A DNA stretch of 64,000 nucleotides from a virus. The stretch spans positions 1-64,000 of the IMG/VR virus record IMGVR_UViG_3300045988_119876; one strand, given 5' to 3'. Below the pieces are notes generated by a model. It was not told where the DNA came from, ran no database searches, and saw only the letters and a program-made list of their open reading frames with translations. A program made the position numbers and the translations under genes. Of this stretch, positions 47,801 to 55,563 are shown one piece after another. The first letter of the stretch is position 1. The number at the start of each line of letters is the position of its first letter.

Positions 47801-48245
47801 TTCCCGGTCCTTCCGGTACGGAAATACTTGACGGGACCATAGCATCTACCAACATAATATTATCACCCAGATCTTGGCTGTAAAATCCAAAGCCCGATTC
47901 TCGGATTTCATAAGGTGCATCTGATTTTGACACAAGAACAGGGTTACTCATCTTAGAAGCCTTATCCAGCACCCTTTCCCTGTAGGCTTCTGGGATAAGA
48001 TCGATGTTGGATTTTACCTTATTATAAGCCTGTTTGTTGATAGGCACTCTCTTTCTCCAGTCGCCAAAAGCCTTTAAGAACTTGTTGGAAAATACGGTTT
48101 TAAAAACAGTAGTAGCCCGTTCCCTGTTCTCCATAAGGGGAATAGATGCTATTTTATCAAACAACATAGACCTGTCCCCTGATCTGGTAGAGACAGAAAC
48201 AACTTTCTTTTTATTATCTCTTTTAATAATACACGTTGATGTCAT
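41823..48245 (-). CDS. giant hypothetical protein (2140 aa), probable virion or ejection protein
   Basis: uninterrupted 6.4 kb ORF; location in leftward structural block; no catalytic motif recognised. Confidence 0.7.
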   Translation of the reverse strand: MTSTCIIKRDNKKKVVSVSTRSGDRSMLFDKIASIPLMENRERATTVFKTVFSNKFLKAFGDWRKRVPINKQAYNKVKSNIDLIPEAYRERVLDKASKMSNPVLVSKSDAPYEIRESGFGFYSQDLGDNIMLVDAMVPSSISVPEGPGIDAGQYLQDAISSDFTPVSMVQDKGVNYMVIKDGLKIFSPEELPQTDSNPVGVTYQTGEPRLFFMNDRSQLFEDYGEALRSGGNDIRIGFLSGTVQESTVDGVADITYKAGKYVLNNPKSFIPVMTASASTSLSTKGGIINYLIKKGLLSGSKIFDPETRSYYLTGEGHTGQIRLFNSALSYTELRNHFGSDVSMNDQGMITISSLDNSKVTMRLATGGTERVSKEQIKSDLKSGRYNELDAKYDHFDALVVSFILEDNDLYADTKAKIVSDYSQEERDQRNSIVEILKTLGVSVIGMTDYIEKYQTKYGHEPSAKALADIANNVIAVGEDATLSDLVEETSHFLVEAYRDQNAVEAVLQDVEGTEEWNQYAGQYYNTYGKVYEGSELDNAVRREILGKILAREMQTGTAQAPVEPTSFLGRVRQLLSGIVSWLKSALSTQRQDLNNVIKNIRDLAITDIDKGFDTSLLKDNDFTLYSLSSMNKNKFLESKIRSLRKTLRDLRQISSDRAVTTSMTLAQLKTIEDKINKVETEIDKNEMAAAMNSMISTAEAQVRYLSNVVNTILHGDTKDGKLHFNTNDRKNVDIINNQVLPIMNDLRGYIRNRSTEFDEHEKQDYTNRINTVIADINGIQSDIKSVQDLDESTLLDKLMNELHVPADKVKRVKEFFDKVQHDVSWISRWFGILEHSSSPFNNALGAMIAKDNYNAMVNAQPAISDFLAYAKKHGFNKSEFEKLLQKVDGKTSNYLRSALDMAKYDRNKKLAQMRAFATAMNIEISEEEIGDVVDNNRNYVFKREVVDKDGNTVTENAKFKPSSDRVNTDIFTIEQEKIYTEQMEKWDAENSELEFSESYATRMESIYKKAEEELGHPVSQTTKEYLNALSRQKRILRQPFIDSGGNFDEVAYFKSSNYEEEGLLRKQRKEAASEYIYVGTRRVEKTGDQLKMAKEIQAINEVWRKESNNVTNVVSESFLQKLRTIQNESGGEAALKTLMLGGHLSFNDRFWNDIESEQSARTESNNKASYLKMAHDIISSTTSDRDATDVDSIVKDIEKNKAIIKEIIGNNRDVADIGEINEATFTSSERDAFRAASEAIEADYAILIDYAKMVGLEDIDKYLTKSSKAENEVNQSYLNALADSKEVEWKFVQRHTTAKKAKRIQALRDKLFKAADNRYLFTVSETNYLSEKLGISKELDGRDFRNAVNAKMASLFLNNTREEGIEEANAIVNEFARSQVFSYYKRMAPTGYAAMIDKIGRGEIDVAQMVKDVQNGTSTQDYGMDISYLSFDPARAWVAESEAENSGRNPDYVKDHGYGHRMPKKSLYRDESYFNDFGIKYDADGNEVATKNVEQWNMIQKLKEIKRQSLDLYKEQSPNLYAIPQISKQDIERMEGLGINFKNTVRNFVSDLCLDRVDDSLYGKTRQGEVYDPEDRLRSIPKYYIYELENQDDVSHDFGYSYSMLMMQSSLYNEKQKSIELAQGLEQMLLNKQFEGGKKAEATQAYQMFRDFFNDHYYGIRMNTKKLTVNIGGYTVDLTRIMMAVERFMSVMNLALSPFVAATGALTGHINLIMESAVGQYISKDSLKYASAEFSRLAPSCIAETGDIDRKSKLYVIGERMGIFNIRNRMYGAGYNRVARTLMRSPMYAFMEILNYPLDPQVMIATMDNVRYYKGRFYTFQDFKMEKERNKEQSTIKREWNALKDRTLWSMVDVVDGKVVVKPGSGVTVEEVETQMAITRNQVRSLSQICNGSLNEENRTAASRNWIARFMTAHRGWLVLAAQRLWKRRGFNFQTMQEEEGLSITLKNMIAKTFSLASESGMKNIIDAWNENKDNMNEVEKTNLKRLSVYAGTFLIMQAVSMLLAGWRDDDENEESWLTQFGSYVGFRTINEIASQMPFIMELNVVDIINDPFVMGRKLKDLTDLRNYSLDKVTSGTYKGESKLFRQLAKQTFIKQWYNIKTPEDVARAYNWWQQTNNKSMMFFIGATPDSEGDDDVSYK

Positions 48246-48295
48246 AGTAAAACATTTTTGTTATGAGACAAAGGTAGTTAAAAATCAAGCATATC

Positions 48296-48335
48296 ATAGA
48301 AAATAAAGCCATCTAACTTCTCAGTCTGATGGCTT
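48296..48335 (-). terminator. putative intrinsic terminator upstream of the 2140-aa gene
   Basis: stem aagccatc/gatggctt followed on - strand by TATTTTCTAT. Confidence 0.45.
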
Positions 48336-48387
48336 AAAAATGATATGAAAAAAAATTATAATCTGACGAAAAATCGTCAAGTTCAGC

Positions 48388-48711
48388 TTATATGTAATGC
48401 ATGTACCCATCTCGGTGGATAAACCTTCCCGATTCAAAGCGCTCAATATCTTCAGGGCAAATAGAGCCTGAATCTTCTCTCCTGGCTTCAAACCAAAGCC
48501 CTGGCTTGCGAAGTCGGCAAGTTATGATATAATTGAAGCAATTGTGCGTAAAATGGAAAACAGATCCTACAGGGAAATACCTATCAGCTTGAAATACGAT
48601 TCTTTTTCGTTTAGTATCAAACGTGATATCCCCTACTATCTTAGCCACGTAATAGCTTCTGCCATTTAACGTTTCATCTGTTTGTGGTATCCAATAATAA
48701 CCTCTTGCCAT
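48388..48711 (-). CDS. hypothetical protein (107 aa from ATG 48711)
   Basis: ORF track; upstream in-frame region holds a terminator hairpin, so the internal ATG is preferred. Confidence 0.45.
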   Translation of the reverse strand: MARGYYWIPQTDETLNGRSYYVAKIVGDITFDTKRKRIVFQADRYFPVGSVFHFTHNCFNYIITCRLRKPGLWFEARREDSGSICPEDIERFESGRFIHRDGYMHYI

Positions 48712-48723
48712 GCCACAAATATA

Positions 48724-48757
48724 TAAAAAAAGTCGGACAAGATACATGTCCGACTTT
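48724..48757 (-). terminator. rho-independent terminator (10-bp perfect stem aaagtcggac/gtccgacttt plus T7 on - strand)
   Basis: seen in sequence. Confidence 0.5.
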
Positions 48758-48760
48758 ATA

Positions 48761-48931
48761 TTACTTTGATTCGTTTTCAAACCGCTTTATAAGAGAAGCA
48801 ATATCATCACCACAAACAAACATCATTCGACGTTCTTCTTTTGGTTTATGAGACACTGGGATGGTTTTGTTTATCTTAATCTGATTCGCCAGACCTCTGC
48901 CTAAACGAATATCAACTTTTTTACCTTTCAT
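48761..48931 (-). CDS. small hypothetical protein (56 aa, below ORF-track cutoff)
   Basis: ATG 48931 to TAA 48763-48761 fills the gap; followed by a terminator. Confidence 0.3.
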   Translation of the reverse strand: MKGKKVDIRLGRGLANQIKINKTIPVSHKPKEERRMMFVCGDDIASLIKRFENESK

Positions 48932-49238
48932 GAATTATTTGTTTAAAAAGACCAATTCCATCTATTATAATATGACCGCTTTGCATACGACCATTATTAG
49001 GATTGTGTAGAAAATTGAAACCACTTTCTTTTTCCTGTCTTTCAAAAGAACTGATATCCTTTCCTCTACGGGCTCTTTCAAAAGCTTTCTTGAACAACTT
49101 GCCTCTAAAGGTCTTGACGAGGATCTTGGTAGCGTTATTGCCGGCTTTTACCATTGCTTTCCTTGCCTGGTCCTCCGAGACAAAACTGCTTCGGAAAATA
49201 TACGATGCTGCTGTTTGTATGTCCTGCTTGGTAATCAT
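48921..49238 (-). CDS. hypothetical protein (105 aa)
   Basis: ORF track. Confidence 0.5.
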   Translation of the reverse strand: MITKQDIQTAASYIFRSSFVSEDQARKAMVKAGNNATKILVKTFRGKLFKKAFERARRGKDISSFERQEKESGFNFLHNPNNGRMQSGHIIIDGIGLFKQIIHER

Positions 49239-49585
49239 ATGATAAACATTTCTTTCAGAATACTGATCTTTATTCCGTATATCAATTTCATCTCATCTCT
49301 ATCATATACGTCAAAAAAGGATTCACTGGGGTCCTTTGGATTTACGTTCAATTGAATTATGCAATTACCAGTATAAACCTTAAGCCTATAATTATCGGAG
49401 TATATATCCTGCATGGTTTCAAATGTCTCAATTAAATTTTCAACAAGTGCTCTGTTAAATGAAAAAGATTCTTTACCATCACCTTTAAATGTGATATGAT
49501 CTAAATCCCTGTTGTCAAATTCATACTTTAATTGATTGCCGTCCATCATATCATAAAATATTGACTTTCTGATTATAAATCCCAT
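49235..49585 (-). CDS. hypothetical protein (116 aa)
   Basis: ORF track; overlapping stop/start. Confidence 0.5.
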   Translation of the reverse strand: MGFIIRKSIFYDMMDGNQLKYEFDNRDLDHITFKGDGKESFSFNRALVENLIETFETMQDIYSDNYRLKVYTGNCIIQLNVNPKDPSESFFDVYDRDEMKLIYGIKISILKEMFII

Positions 49586-49602
49586 ATTGTTTTATTTTTT
49601 AG

Positions 49603-49908
49603 TTAATACAAATCTTCTGAATACAATTGTTTTCTAATAGCACTCCTATCTACTACCATTTCCTGATTATTGTTTCTAACAAGTTCAGATGCTTCTTCTC
49701 TTGTTAAAAACCGATTCTTGCTCGTCAAAAATCCTTGAACACTGCGGTTTTTATGAGCAATACCATAAGCTGCAAACTGAGAAATGATAGAACAATGTCT
49801 CAATCCACAAAATACGGTTCCGGATGGTATGTTTACTGGACCGTGAGGCTTGTTCTTGTGATCTTGAACCCATATAGCTGCGCATACAACAATTTCCTTA
49901 TCACACAT
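49603..49908 (-). CDS. hypothetical protein (101 aa)
   Basis: ORF track. Confidence 0.5.
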   Translation of the reverse strand: MCDKEIVVCAAIWVQDHKNKPHGPVNIPSGTVFCGLRHCSIISQFAAYGIAHKNRSVQGFLTSKNRFLTREEASELVRNNNQEMVVDRSAIRKQLYSEDLY

Positions 49909-49911
49909 AAT

Positions 49912-50187
49912 TTACATATTTAAAATACCGTTTTTACCAATATGCTTCTTCTCTTCTTCAGTAGGCCATTCTTTCTTGAACTTACCATGCCACGTTCCAG
50001 GAACTACCACCACTTCGTTTCCCTTACTATATTCAATAGCGGCACATTCAGAACAAAGAGGCTTGCCTTCATATCCCTTTAGCGACTTATCGTAAATACG
50101 ATTCTTACAAGGTCTTATAAGAGCCCAATAACAGGATGTGGCTGTATTATCTATACAGCCACATTTTGAACAAACAAACAAACTCAT
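49912..50187 (-). CDS. zinc-ribbon protein (CSKCGC...CSEC; 91 aa)
   Basis: ORF track. Confidence 0.5.
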   Translation of the reverse strand: MSLFVCSKCGCIDNTATSCYWALIRPCKNRIYDKSLKGYEGKPLCSECAAIEYSKGNEVVVVPGTWHGKFKKEWPTEEEKKHIGKNGILNM

Positions 50188-51047
50188 CCCGCAATCTCCC
50201 AGTCATTAGACATAATATCATGTTCGGTTGGATTCCAATTTGATGCTACTTTTTGACCTGTATCTATCATCAATATATTTACGTCAAACATACAGATATA
50301 CTTTTTACCCCAATCGATTCTTTTTATCTTACGACCTAATTTAAGCCGTTCTAAAGCCTGTTCGAATGTCATGCCATGACGAGGCAGTTTGAGATACTTT
50401 TCAAGTCTGTCGGAGGCTTCATTTGGTGTATGGCCATCGTATTCGAAAGCGGTTTCTCTTTCAGGAACATCAAACAAATCCCAGTATTTGCTTTCATAGT
50501 GATTAGATACCTGACCGGTAGGTAGGATCGCCATCACAATAAACCAATCATCAGAACCGAAGCATTTTTCTCCGTCGCTGTGTCTCCTTGATTTGCAAAC
50601 TTCAACCTGTCCGCTTCTGGCTAATAGATTAAAGAAGGCAGCGTTATACAACATGCGATACCGATACAATTCATTGAAAGTGTGGTATCCGTCAGAGACT
50701 TCTCCCACGTCTACAGGCTTCTTGTTTTGAATACTACCCAAAATATTCTCTATATAGAGCTGTATTTTATACATACCCATTTCGGTGTGGCCGTATTTGT
50801 TCAAGATATTATTGACATCGTATTGTATATTAAAATCTTTTTCAAATTCTACTTCAGGATGATTAGGATAGTAGTAATCTACTGATGCTTCTAACACAGA
50901 CTTGATATGCTCTACTATCCTCGTGGCATCATCATGTTTTAAGAAATTCTTGAATCCCTCAACGAATTTAATATCTTCTTCGATTGTTGATTCGAACTCT
51001 TCTTTTGTCATTACTCTAACCACATCTTTAAAATCTTTTAATTCCAT
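50184..51047 (-). CDS. hypothetical protein with C-terminal DUF2829 (Tad2-like) domain
   Basis: last ~62 aa MTFEQALERLKLGRKIKRIDWGKKYI...SNDWEI fits the remembered DUF2829 consensus (F.eAl.alk.Gkkv.R..W ... DWei). Confidence 0.5.
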   Translation of the reverse strand: MELKDFKDVVRVMTKEEFESTIEEDIKFVEGFKNFLKHDDATRIVEHIKSVLEASVDYYYPNHPEVEFEKDFNIQYDVNNILNKYGHTEMGMYKIQLYIENILGSIQNKKPVDVGEVSDGYHTFNELYRYRMLYNAAFFNLLARSGQVEVCKSRRHSDGEKCFGSDDWFIVMAILPTGQVSNHYESKYWDLFDVPERETAFEYDGHTPNEASDRLEKYLKLPRHGMTFEQALERLKLGRKIKRIDWGKKYICMFDVNILMIDTGQKVASNWNPTEHDIMSNDWEIAG

Positions 51048-51070
51048 GATTTGTTTTAAATTAATTGTTA

Positions 51071-51706
51071 CTATACTTTCTTTATCCTACAATACAAACC
51101 CCACAAAAACTCAGCGGAGAAACTATCCCATACATTATTCTTCTGCCAAAGTTCTACTTTGTTAACAAACCAAGACCATGTGGGACCCTCATATGAAGAA
51201 TCAGATGATGATCCCAATCCGATTTTCTCCATTTCATTCGCCACATCAGAATAAGGATCTAAATCGACTCCCCTAATCATGTTAATAATATCATCCTTGT
51301 CTAACGTAAATTGAAACCGCTCCTTGTTAGTAGGCGGATCTTGATTCAATTTACCAGTCGCAAGCCATTCTCCATCATGATACAATTCGGCAAGTTTCTT
51401 TACCTTATTTTTAAGAAAAGAATACTCTTGTGTGACTTCTATAAAATCAGCTTCGTTAGCTTCACCCTCTATGAAGATAACGGTTTTGCTTCCAGGTCTA
51501 TGATCGTCTAAGCTTGCCGGGATTCCCAATATCGTCCATCCTTTAAACTCAGCTATCTTAAAACGCATGACATCAAACACCTTATAGAAATCATCACAAT
51601 CTACAGATTCTATTACCTTAATATCCTCTTCTGTGAATTTACCTCGTATTGGAATAACGTGATGACCGGGGCAGCCATCGGTTCCGAAATATGCGATTCT
51701 AACCAC
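51071..51706 (-). CDS. hypothetical protein (211 aa)
   Basis: ORF track. Confidence 0.5.
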   Translation of the reverse strand: MVRIAYFGTDGCPGHHVIPIRGKFTEEDIKVIESVDCDDFYKVFDVMRFKIAEFKGWTILGIPASLDDHRPGSKTVIFIEGEANEADFIEVTQEYSFLKNKVKKLAELYHDGEWLATGKLNQDPPTNKERFQFTLDKDDIINMIRGVDLDPYSDVANEMEKIGLGSSSDSSYEGPTWSWFVNKVELWQKNNVWDSFSAEFLWGLYCRIKKV

Positions 51707-51726
51707 GATATTTACAATATTTTAAT

Positions 51727-51942
51727 TTATTTTGCTAAAACATTCATATAACATGGCACATCTACCACATCTCTTCTACGAAGTCCCTTATCAAAATAAG
51801 AAACTATATAAGTGTTTTTACCTTCATGATCAGGTCTTGGATCAAAGCATTCAAAAACGAATCTTGTTCTACCTTCAAGATGACCAAACATGAAAACAAA
51901 TTCGCCACCGTATCTTTTATTAGCCAATTCTTCTACGGTCAT
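51727..51942 (-). CDS. hypothetical protein (71 aa)
   Basis: ORF track. Confidence 0.45.
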   Translation of the reverse strand: MTVEELANKRYGGEFVFMFGHLEGRTRFVFECFDPRPDHEGKNTYIVSYFDKGLRRRDVVDVPCYMNVLAK

Positions 51943-52166
51943 AATCTGTCCCCTCCTAATCCTGAATTGATGCTAACATACTTGACACGGACATCATTTC
52001 CACGTCCAAGCTGACCCCAGCCGGGCGATGGCGTTCCCTTAGCCGGAGCAGGGACAGCCCTAAGCCGAGACCAGTCCTGCTTTTGCCTCATGGCTTCAGC
52101 CTCTTTGTAATACCGGTTACACAGTTCTTGATCTTCGTAACCAACGTAATCTTCCTTATTTTCCAT
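51939..52166 (-). CDS. hypothetical protein (75 aa)
   Basis: ORF track; ATGA overlap. Confidence 0.45.
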   Translation of the reverse strand: MENKEDYVGYEDQELCNRYYKEAEAMRQKQDWSRLRAVPAPAKGTPSPGWGQLGRGNDVRVKYVSINSGLGGDRL

Positions 52167-52236
52167 AAAAAATACTTTTTCAACAAAAGTACGACATTCA
52201 CGAATTAATTAGATTTAAAATAAAACAATATGAATT

Positions 52237-52271
52237 AAAATAAAAACCCGATACGTTAAAATCGCATCGGG
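52237..52271 (-). terminator. putative intrinsic terminator
   Basis: stem cccgatacg/cgcatcggg (one mismatch) followed on - strand by TTTTTATTTT. Confidence 0.45.
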
Positions 52272-52293
52272 CCTGGTATTGAAAAAAATAGGT

Positions 52294-52476
52294 TCAGATC
52301 TTGGGTAAAGATTCGAGCCAATTTTTAACATCTTTATATTTAGGGTCTTTGTCTATTCTATCTTTCAGTTCATGCAATGCTGAGTCCATAACCGTATTCG
52401 GTACGCCAATCAACTCTCCTATTAAATACAATGGGGTTTTATTCGATTTAGATTCGTGTGCTATATTCATATCCAA
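52294..52476 (-). CDS. hypothetical protein (60 aa)
   Basis: ORF track. Confidence 0.4.
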   Translation of the reverse strand: MDMNIAHESKSNKTPLYLIGELIGVPNTVMDSALHELKDRIDKDPKYKDVKNWLESLPKI

Positions 52477-52613
52477 AAAAAGTTATGTGAAACAAACCGG
52501 CCACGGGTATTCTATTGCCCGCCGACCGGTATAATATTTTTATTCCTTTTTTTTCCAAACGGGAAAAACGGGAATGCGGGAATCATATTTTTTACTATGG
52601 CTCCCGCACCACC

Positions 52614-52664
52614 GGAAGGACCTGGATCTGGATCTCAGGTCAGATCCTTCCAGTTTATTTTTTC
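52614..52664 (+). terminator. terminator-like hairpin plus T7 on + strand
   Basis: ggaagga...gatccttcc stem then agtttattttttcg; lies at the 3' end of - strand gene 52635..52928, possibly bidirectional. Confidence 0.3.
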
Positions 52665-52928
52665 GCCGAGGTAATCTTGCACGGCAAGCCATCTTATAAA
52701 GGCTACTCCTTCGGGAGCATCCGGATCATCCAAATACATTAACGTAGCTTTCACCAACTCGTTCTCACATTTGAAGACCTTAGGAAAACCATCCGAATAG
52801 TACATTGCAAAGACATATTGGACATCGCCCCATGTCGCTTTATCCGGCTTCTTCGCTCCGCACTTTTCAAAAATATCTTTTATTTCCGGCTGCTTCCAGA
52901 TCCTCTTGGATCCATCGACGTTGACCAT
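52635..52928 (-). CDS. hypothetical protein (97 aa)
   Basis: ORF track. Confidence 0.5.
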   Translation of the reverse strand: MVNVDGSKRIWKQPEIKDIFEKCGAKKPDKATWGDVQYVFAMYYSDGFPKVFKCENELVKATLMYLDDPDAPEGVAFIRWLAVQDYLGEKINWKDLT

Positions 52929-53021
52929 CTTCTTTACCGCCTCATCAGCAAGAGCATTAGAAAAATGGTAGCCGTAAGTATCTACATATTTCTGATAAGC
53001 TGGATCCTCTGCGTCTGCTCC

Positions 53022-53399
53022 TCAATAAGAACGACCTCTGCCACGTCCGCGACCTCTACGCATCTGAGGTCCGTCACCGTAGTATCTGTCGTCTCCATAG
53101 TAATCGGTCGGGTAGGATTCGTAACCCATCCTCCGGTATTCCCGGTCCTCCATTTCATGACGACGTTCGCGCTCTTCGAGCCTTCTTTCCCTTTCTTCCA
53201 GCTCGTTTTCGCGTTCTTCCATTTCCTTCATCTTCTCATGCATACCGTAATGATCATAAGGAGGAAGGAACCCATGTCCGTACTCCATGTACGTCCCATC
53301 AGAACGACGGCTTCTGCCTCTGCCTCCACCTCGCCTGTCTTCTATCTCATCATATCCAGGATATTCTCTGTGTCCTGAATTTAAATCATATACTATCAT
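53022..53399 (-). CDS. low-complexity RG/RGG- and Glu/Arg-rich protein (125 aa)
   Basis: RRGGGRGRSRR at N-terminus, ERENELEERERRLEERERRHE core, RRGRGRGRGRSY at C-terminus. Confidence 0.55.
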   Translation of the reverse strand: MIVYDLNSGHREYPGYDEIEDRRGGGRGRSRRSDGTYMEYGHGFLPPYDHYGMHEKMKEMEERENELEERERRLEERERRHEMEDREYRRMGYESYPTDYYGDDRYYGDGPQMRRGRGRGRGRSY

Positions 53400-53406
53400 A
53401 TTATAC

Positions 53407-53901
53407 TTATTTCAAACGTTCTACAATTAACTTCTTTAAATCTTCGAATGAATCAGTAAGGTCATTCACCTTATTTTCTATACCAGCTATTTTACGATCC
53501 TGCTCTCTCGTTTGTTTGAATGCCGGATTGATGTCTTCTAATATAGATTCACAAGCCTCTATCTTGGCACGATGGGTATCTACGCTGTCTATTATGTCTT
53601 GACTGGTGCTTTTTATAGCATTCAGTTCGTTCATAATCGGATCTATGCTGGTAGATAATGTTATACCCATAGCCTTAGCCACATTCTGGGATTCCGGGAC
53701 CGTATAGGTCTTGGTTTCGCCAGTGAGCTCTACCGTCAGATCCACCACGCGGGTCTGCATCGCCTGATACTGACCCGGCTGAGGAGGAAGATACCTGGGT
53801 TCGGATACGGCTACTACCTTTCCCAATTCGTATTTAGGTACTGTATTAGTATCAAGGGTATGTACCTGAAACCCCTTCTTCAAATCTGAAAACATGATCA
53901 A
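53407..53901 (-). CDS. hypothetical protein (164 aa)
   Basis: ORF track. Confidence 0.55.
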   Translation of the reverse strand: MIMFSDLKKGFQVHTLDTNTVPKYELGKVVAVSEPRYLPPQPGQYQAMQTRVVDLTVELTGETKTYTVPESQNVAKAMGITLSTSIDPIMNELNAIKSTSQDIIDSVDTHRAKIEACESILEDINPAFKQTREQDRKIAGIENKVNDLTDSFEDLKKLIVERLK

Positions 53902-53951
53902 AATATTATTTAGGTGAAAATAGGGTGATGATCTCCATCACCCTACTGAAA

Positions 53952-54365
53952 TCATTTACCTGCTTTAACTTCAGACGCCTGGGCTGCCGCTACTGGAACA
54001 CAGCAATCCATTAATCTTAACACGCCACGAACTTTATTGAAGTACAGAAGGCGTTCTGTGCCATTTACCATAGCAGCACCCGTTACAGCTACGTTAATAG
54101 GGTTCACGACATTCACTCCCGTAACCGAGCAACAGGTGTCGGCTCCTACTGTTGAAACTGTGCTGTTTGCCGGGACCGCAATCTGTACCGGTAGAGCACT
54201 TCCGGCTGTGGGGACTACTTGCCTTATCTTAAGAAGGATAAGACCCTCACACGGAAGGGCGATCCAAGCCCGTGGGTTAATACCGAAGATTGTATTTGTC
54301 GTACTGACAATAACATTCTTCGTAACCATCTCATACAACGATCCTATTTTAGAAACACAAGCCAT
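53952..54365 (-). CDS. hypothetical Val/Thr/Ala-rich beta-type protein (137 aa)
   Basis: ORF track. Confidence 0.5.
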   Translation of the reverse strand: MACVSKIGSLYEMVTKNVIVSTTNTIFGINPRAWIALPCEGLILLKIRQVVPTAGSALPVQIAVPANSTVSTVGADTCCSVTGVNVVNPINVAVTGAAMVNGTERLLYFNKVRGVLRLMDCCVPVAAAQASEVKAGK

Positions 54366-54388
54366 ATTAGCCTCCTCTCTTAATAAAA

Positions 54389-55396
54389 TCAGACAGCAGC
54401 GTTGTTATTGCAACATCCGTTGTTACATCCACATCCGTTATTGCAGTAACCTCCTCCGAATACCTGTCCCCAAGAATAAGCCTGGTAAGGAGAACAAGAG
54501 GGGTAGGCTGGGACGGCCGTCGGGCGTAATTGACCAACGATATTCTGGGTTTGTTGCTGAGATAATGCCGAAGCTGTCAAAGCCGCTTTTTCTTCACGAA
54601 GTTGAGCAATAGTGTTCTGCATCTCCCTCATTTCCAACTGACAGAATTTGTCGTTGATCATAACGGTTTGAGCGTCAAGTTTCGCAGACAAGATATTGAA
54701 TTGGCTTGTAGCTTGCTCACGATTGTTAGCCAGACCTTGGTTGAGACCGTTCTGCAAGATATTGGTTTGTTCCAACGTGCGAAGCTGGTTATCAAAACCT
54801 TGCTGAGTAATCATTCCCTGAGTCTGGCAAGTGCTTTGATTGATCAACGAACTCAGATTGCAGCAGCAAGAGCTGATTTGATTTCCTATTTCACAACCTT
54901 GTTGTTGAACTGCGTTGATAACAGCCTGAGAAGTCATACCTACCTGACCAGCTACTTTATCAATAGCACCCTGTACGTTGCAGATAGCGTTCTGAAGTTG
55001 AGTAGTAGAACAGTTCAAAGCAGAAGCGATCTGATCTATAGCGCTACGATTACCTTGAATTGCCTGCATCAGAAGCTCACGACCGTAATCGTTATTCAAC
55101 TGAGCGGGTAAACCATTGGCGCAACAATCACCACCATTTCCAAAACCGTTACCGAAGCCGCGTCCACCCCACAGCCAGAACAAAACAATTATCCAGAGCC
55201 ACCAACCGTTAGCCCCACCGAAACCGTCCTGGTTATTACGACCGTTCATCAAAGCCGCCACCAGATTCGGATCCATTTTATTACCACCTATCAAATTAGC
55301 AAACATGCCGGGAATCATTGAAAGAAGACCGTTAGTGGCTGCACCACCACCGTTAGCCCCGGCTCCATCTAAAAGGACGATTTTATCACCACCCAT
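54389..55396 (-). CDS. Gly/Gln/Asn/Cys-rich membrane protein (335 aa from ATG 55396)
   Basis: Gly-rich N-terminus, TM segment GWWLWIIVLFWLWGG, Q/N-rich helical region with many Cys, C-terminal CNNGCGCNNGCCNNN. Confidence 0.55.
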   Translation of the reverse strand: MGGDKIVLLDGAGANGGGAATNGLLSMIPGMFANLIGGNKMDPNLVAALMNGRNNQDGFGGANGWWLWIIVLFWLWGGRGFGNGFGNGGDCCANGLPAQLNNDYGRELLMQAIQGNRSAIDQIASALNCSTTQLQNAICNVQGAIDKVAGQVGMTSQAVINAVQQQGCEIGNQISSCCCNLSSLINQSTCQTQGMITQQGFDNQLRTLEQTNILQNGLNQGLANNREQATSQFNILSAKLDAQTVMINDKFCQLEMREMQNTIAQLREEKAALTASALSQQQTQNIVGQLRPTAVPAYPSCSPYQAYSWGQVFGGGYCNNGCGCNNGCCNNNAAV

Positions 55397-55540
55397 AATT
55401 TTATAGTATTTAATTGTTAAACATACGTGCATGAAGCACGTAACAAAGATCATGATTGCAGGGTGGAATACAGGTGTGTTTGTTTCCTATAGAAGAGAAG
55501 TATTTTCAGCAAAAACGGAAGTATAATACACAATAATTAA

Positions 55541-55563
55541 TTTTCCCCCATTTAAGGGGAAAA
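55541..55563. other. hairpin ttttcccc-(7 nt)-ggggaaaa in the long noncoding region
   Basis: seen in sequence. Confidence 0.4.

Noticed and set aside
41823-48245. Whether the 2140-aa protein is a crAss-like virion RNA polymerase
   Set aside because: I could not find a DxDGD-type catalytic motif by eye (closest is YDADGNE). Left as an unknown giant protein.
52301-52742. Overlapping + strand track ORFs (52301..52534, 52456..52674, 52515..52742) in the leader region
   Set aside because: They overlap each other and - strand genes, lack starts with RBS and contain hairpin/terminator sequences. Treated as noncoding regulatory DNA.
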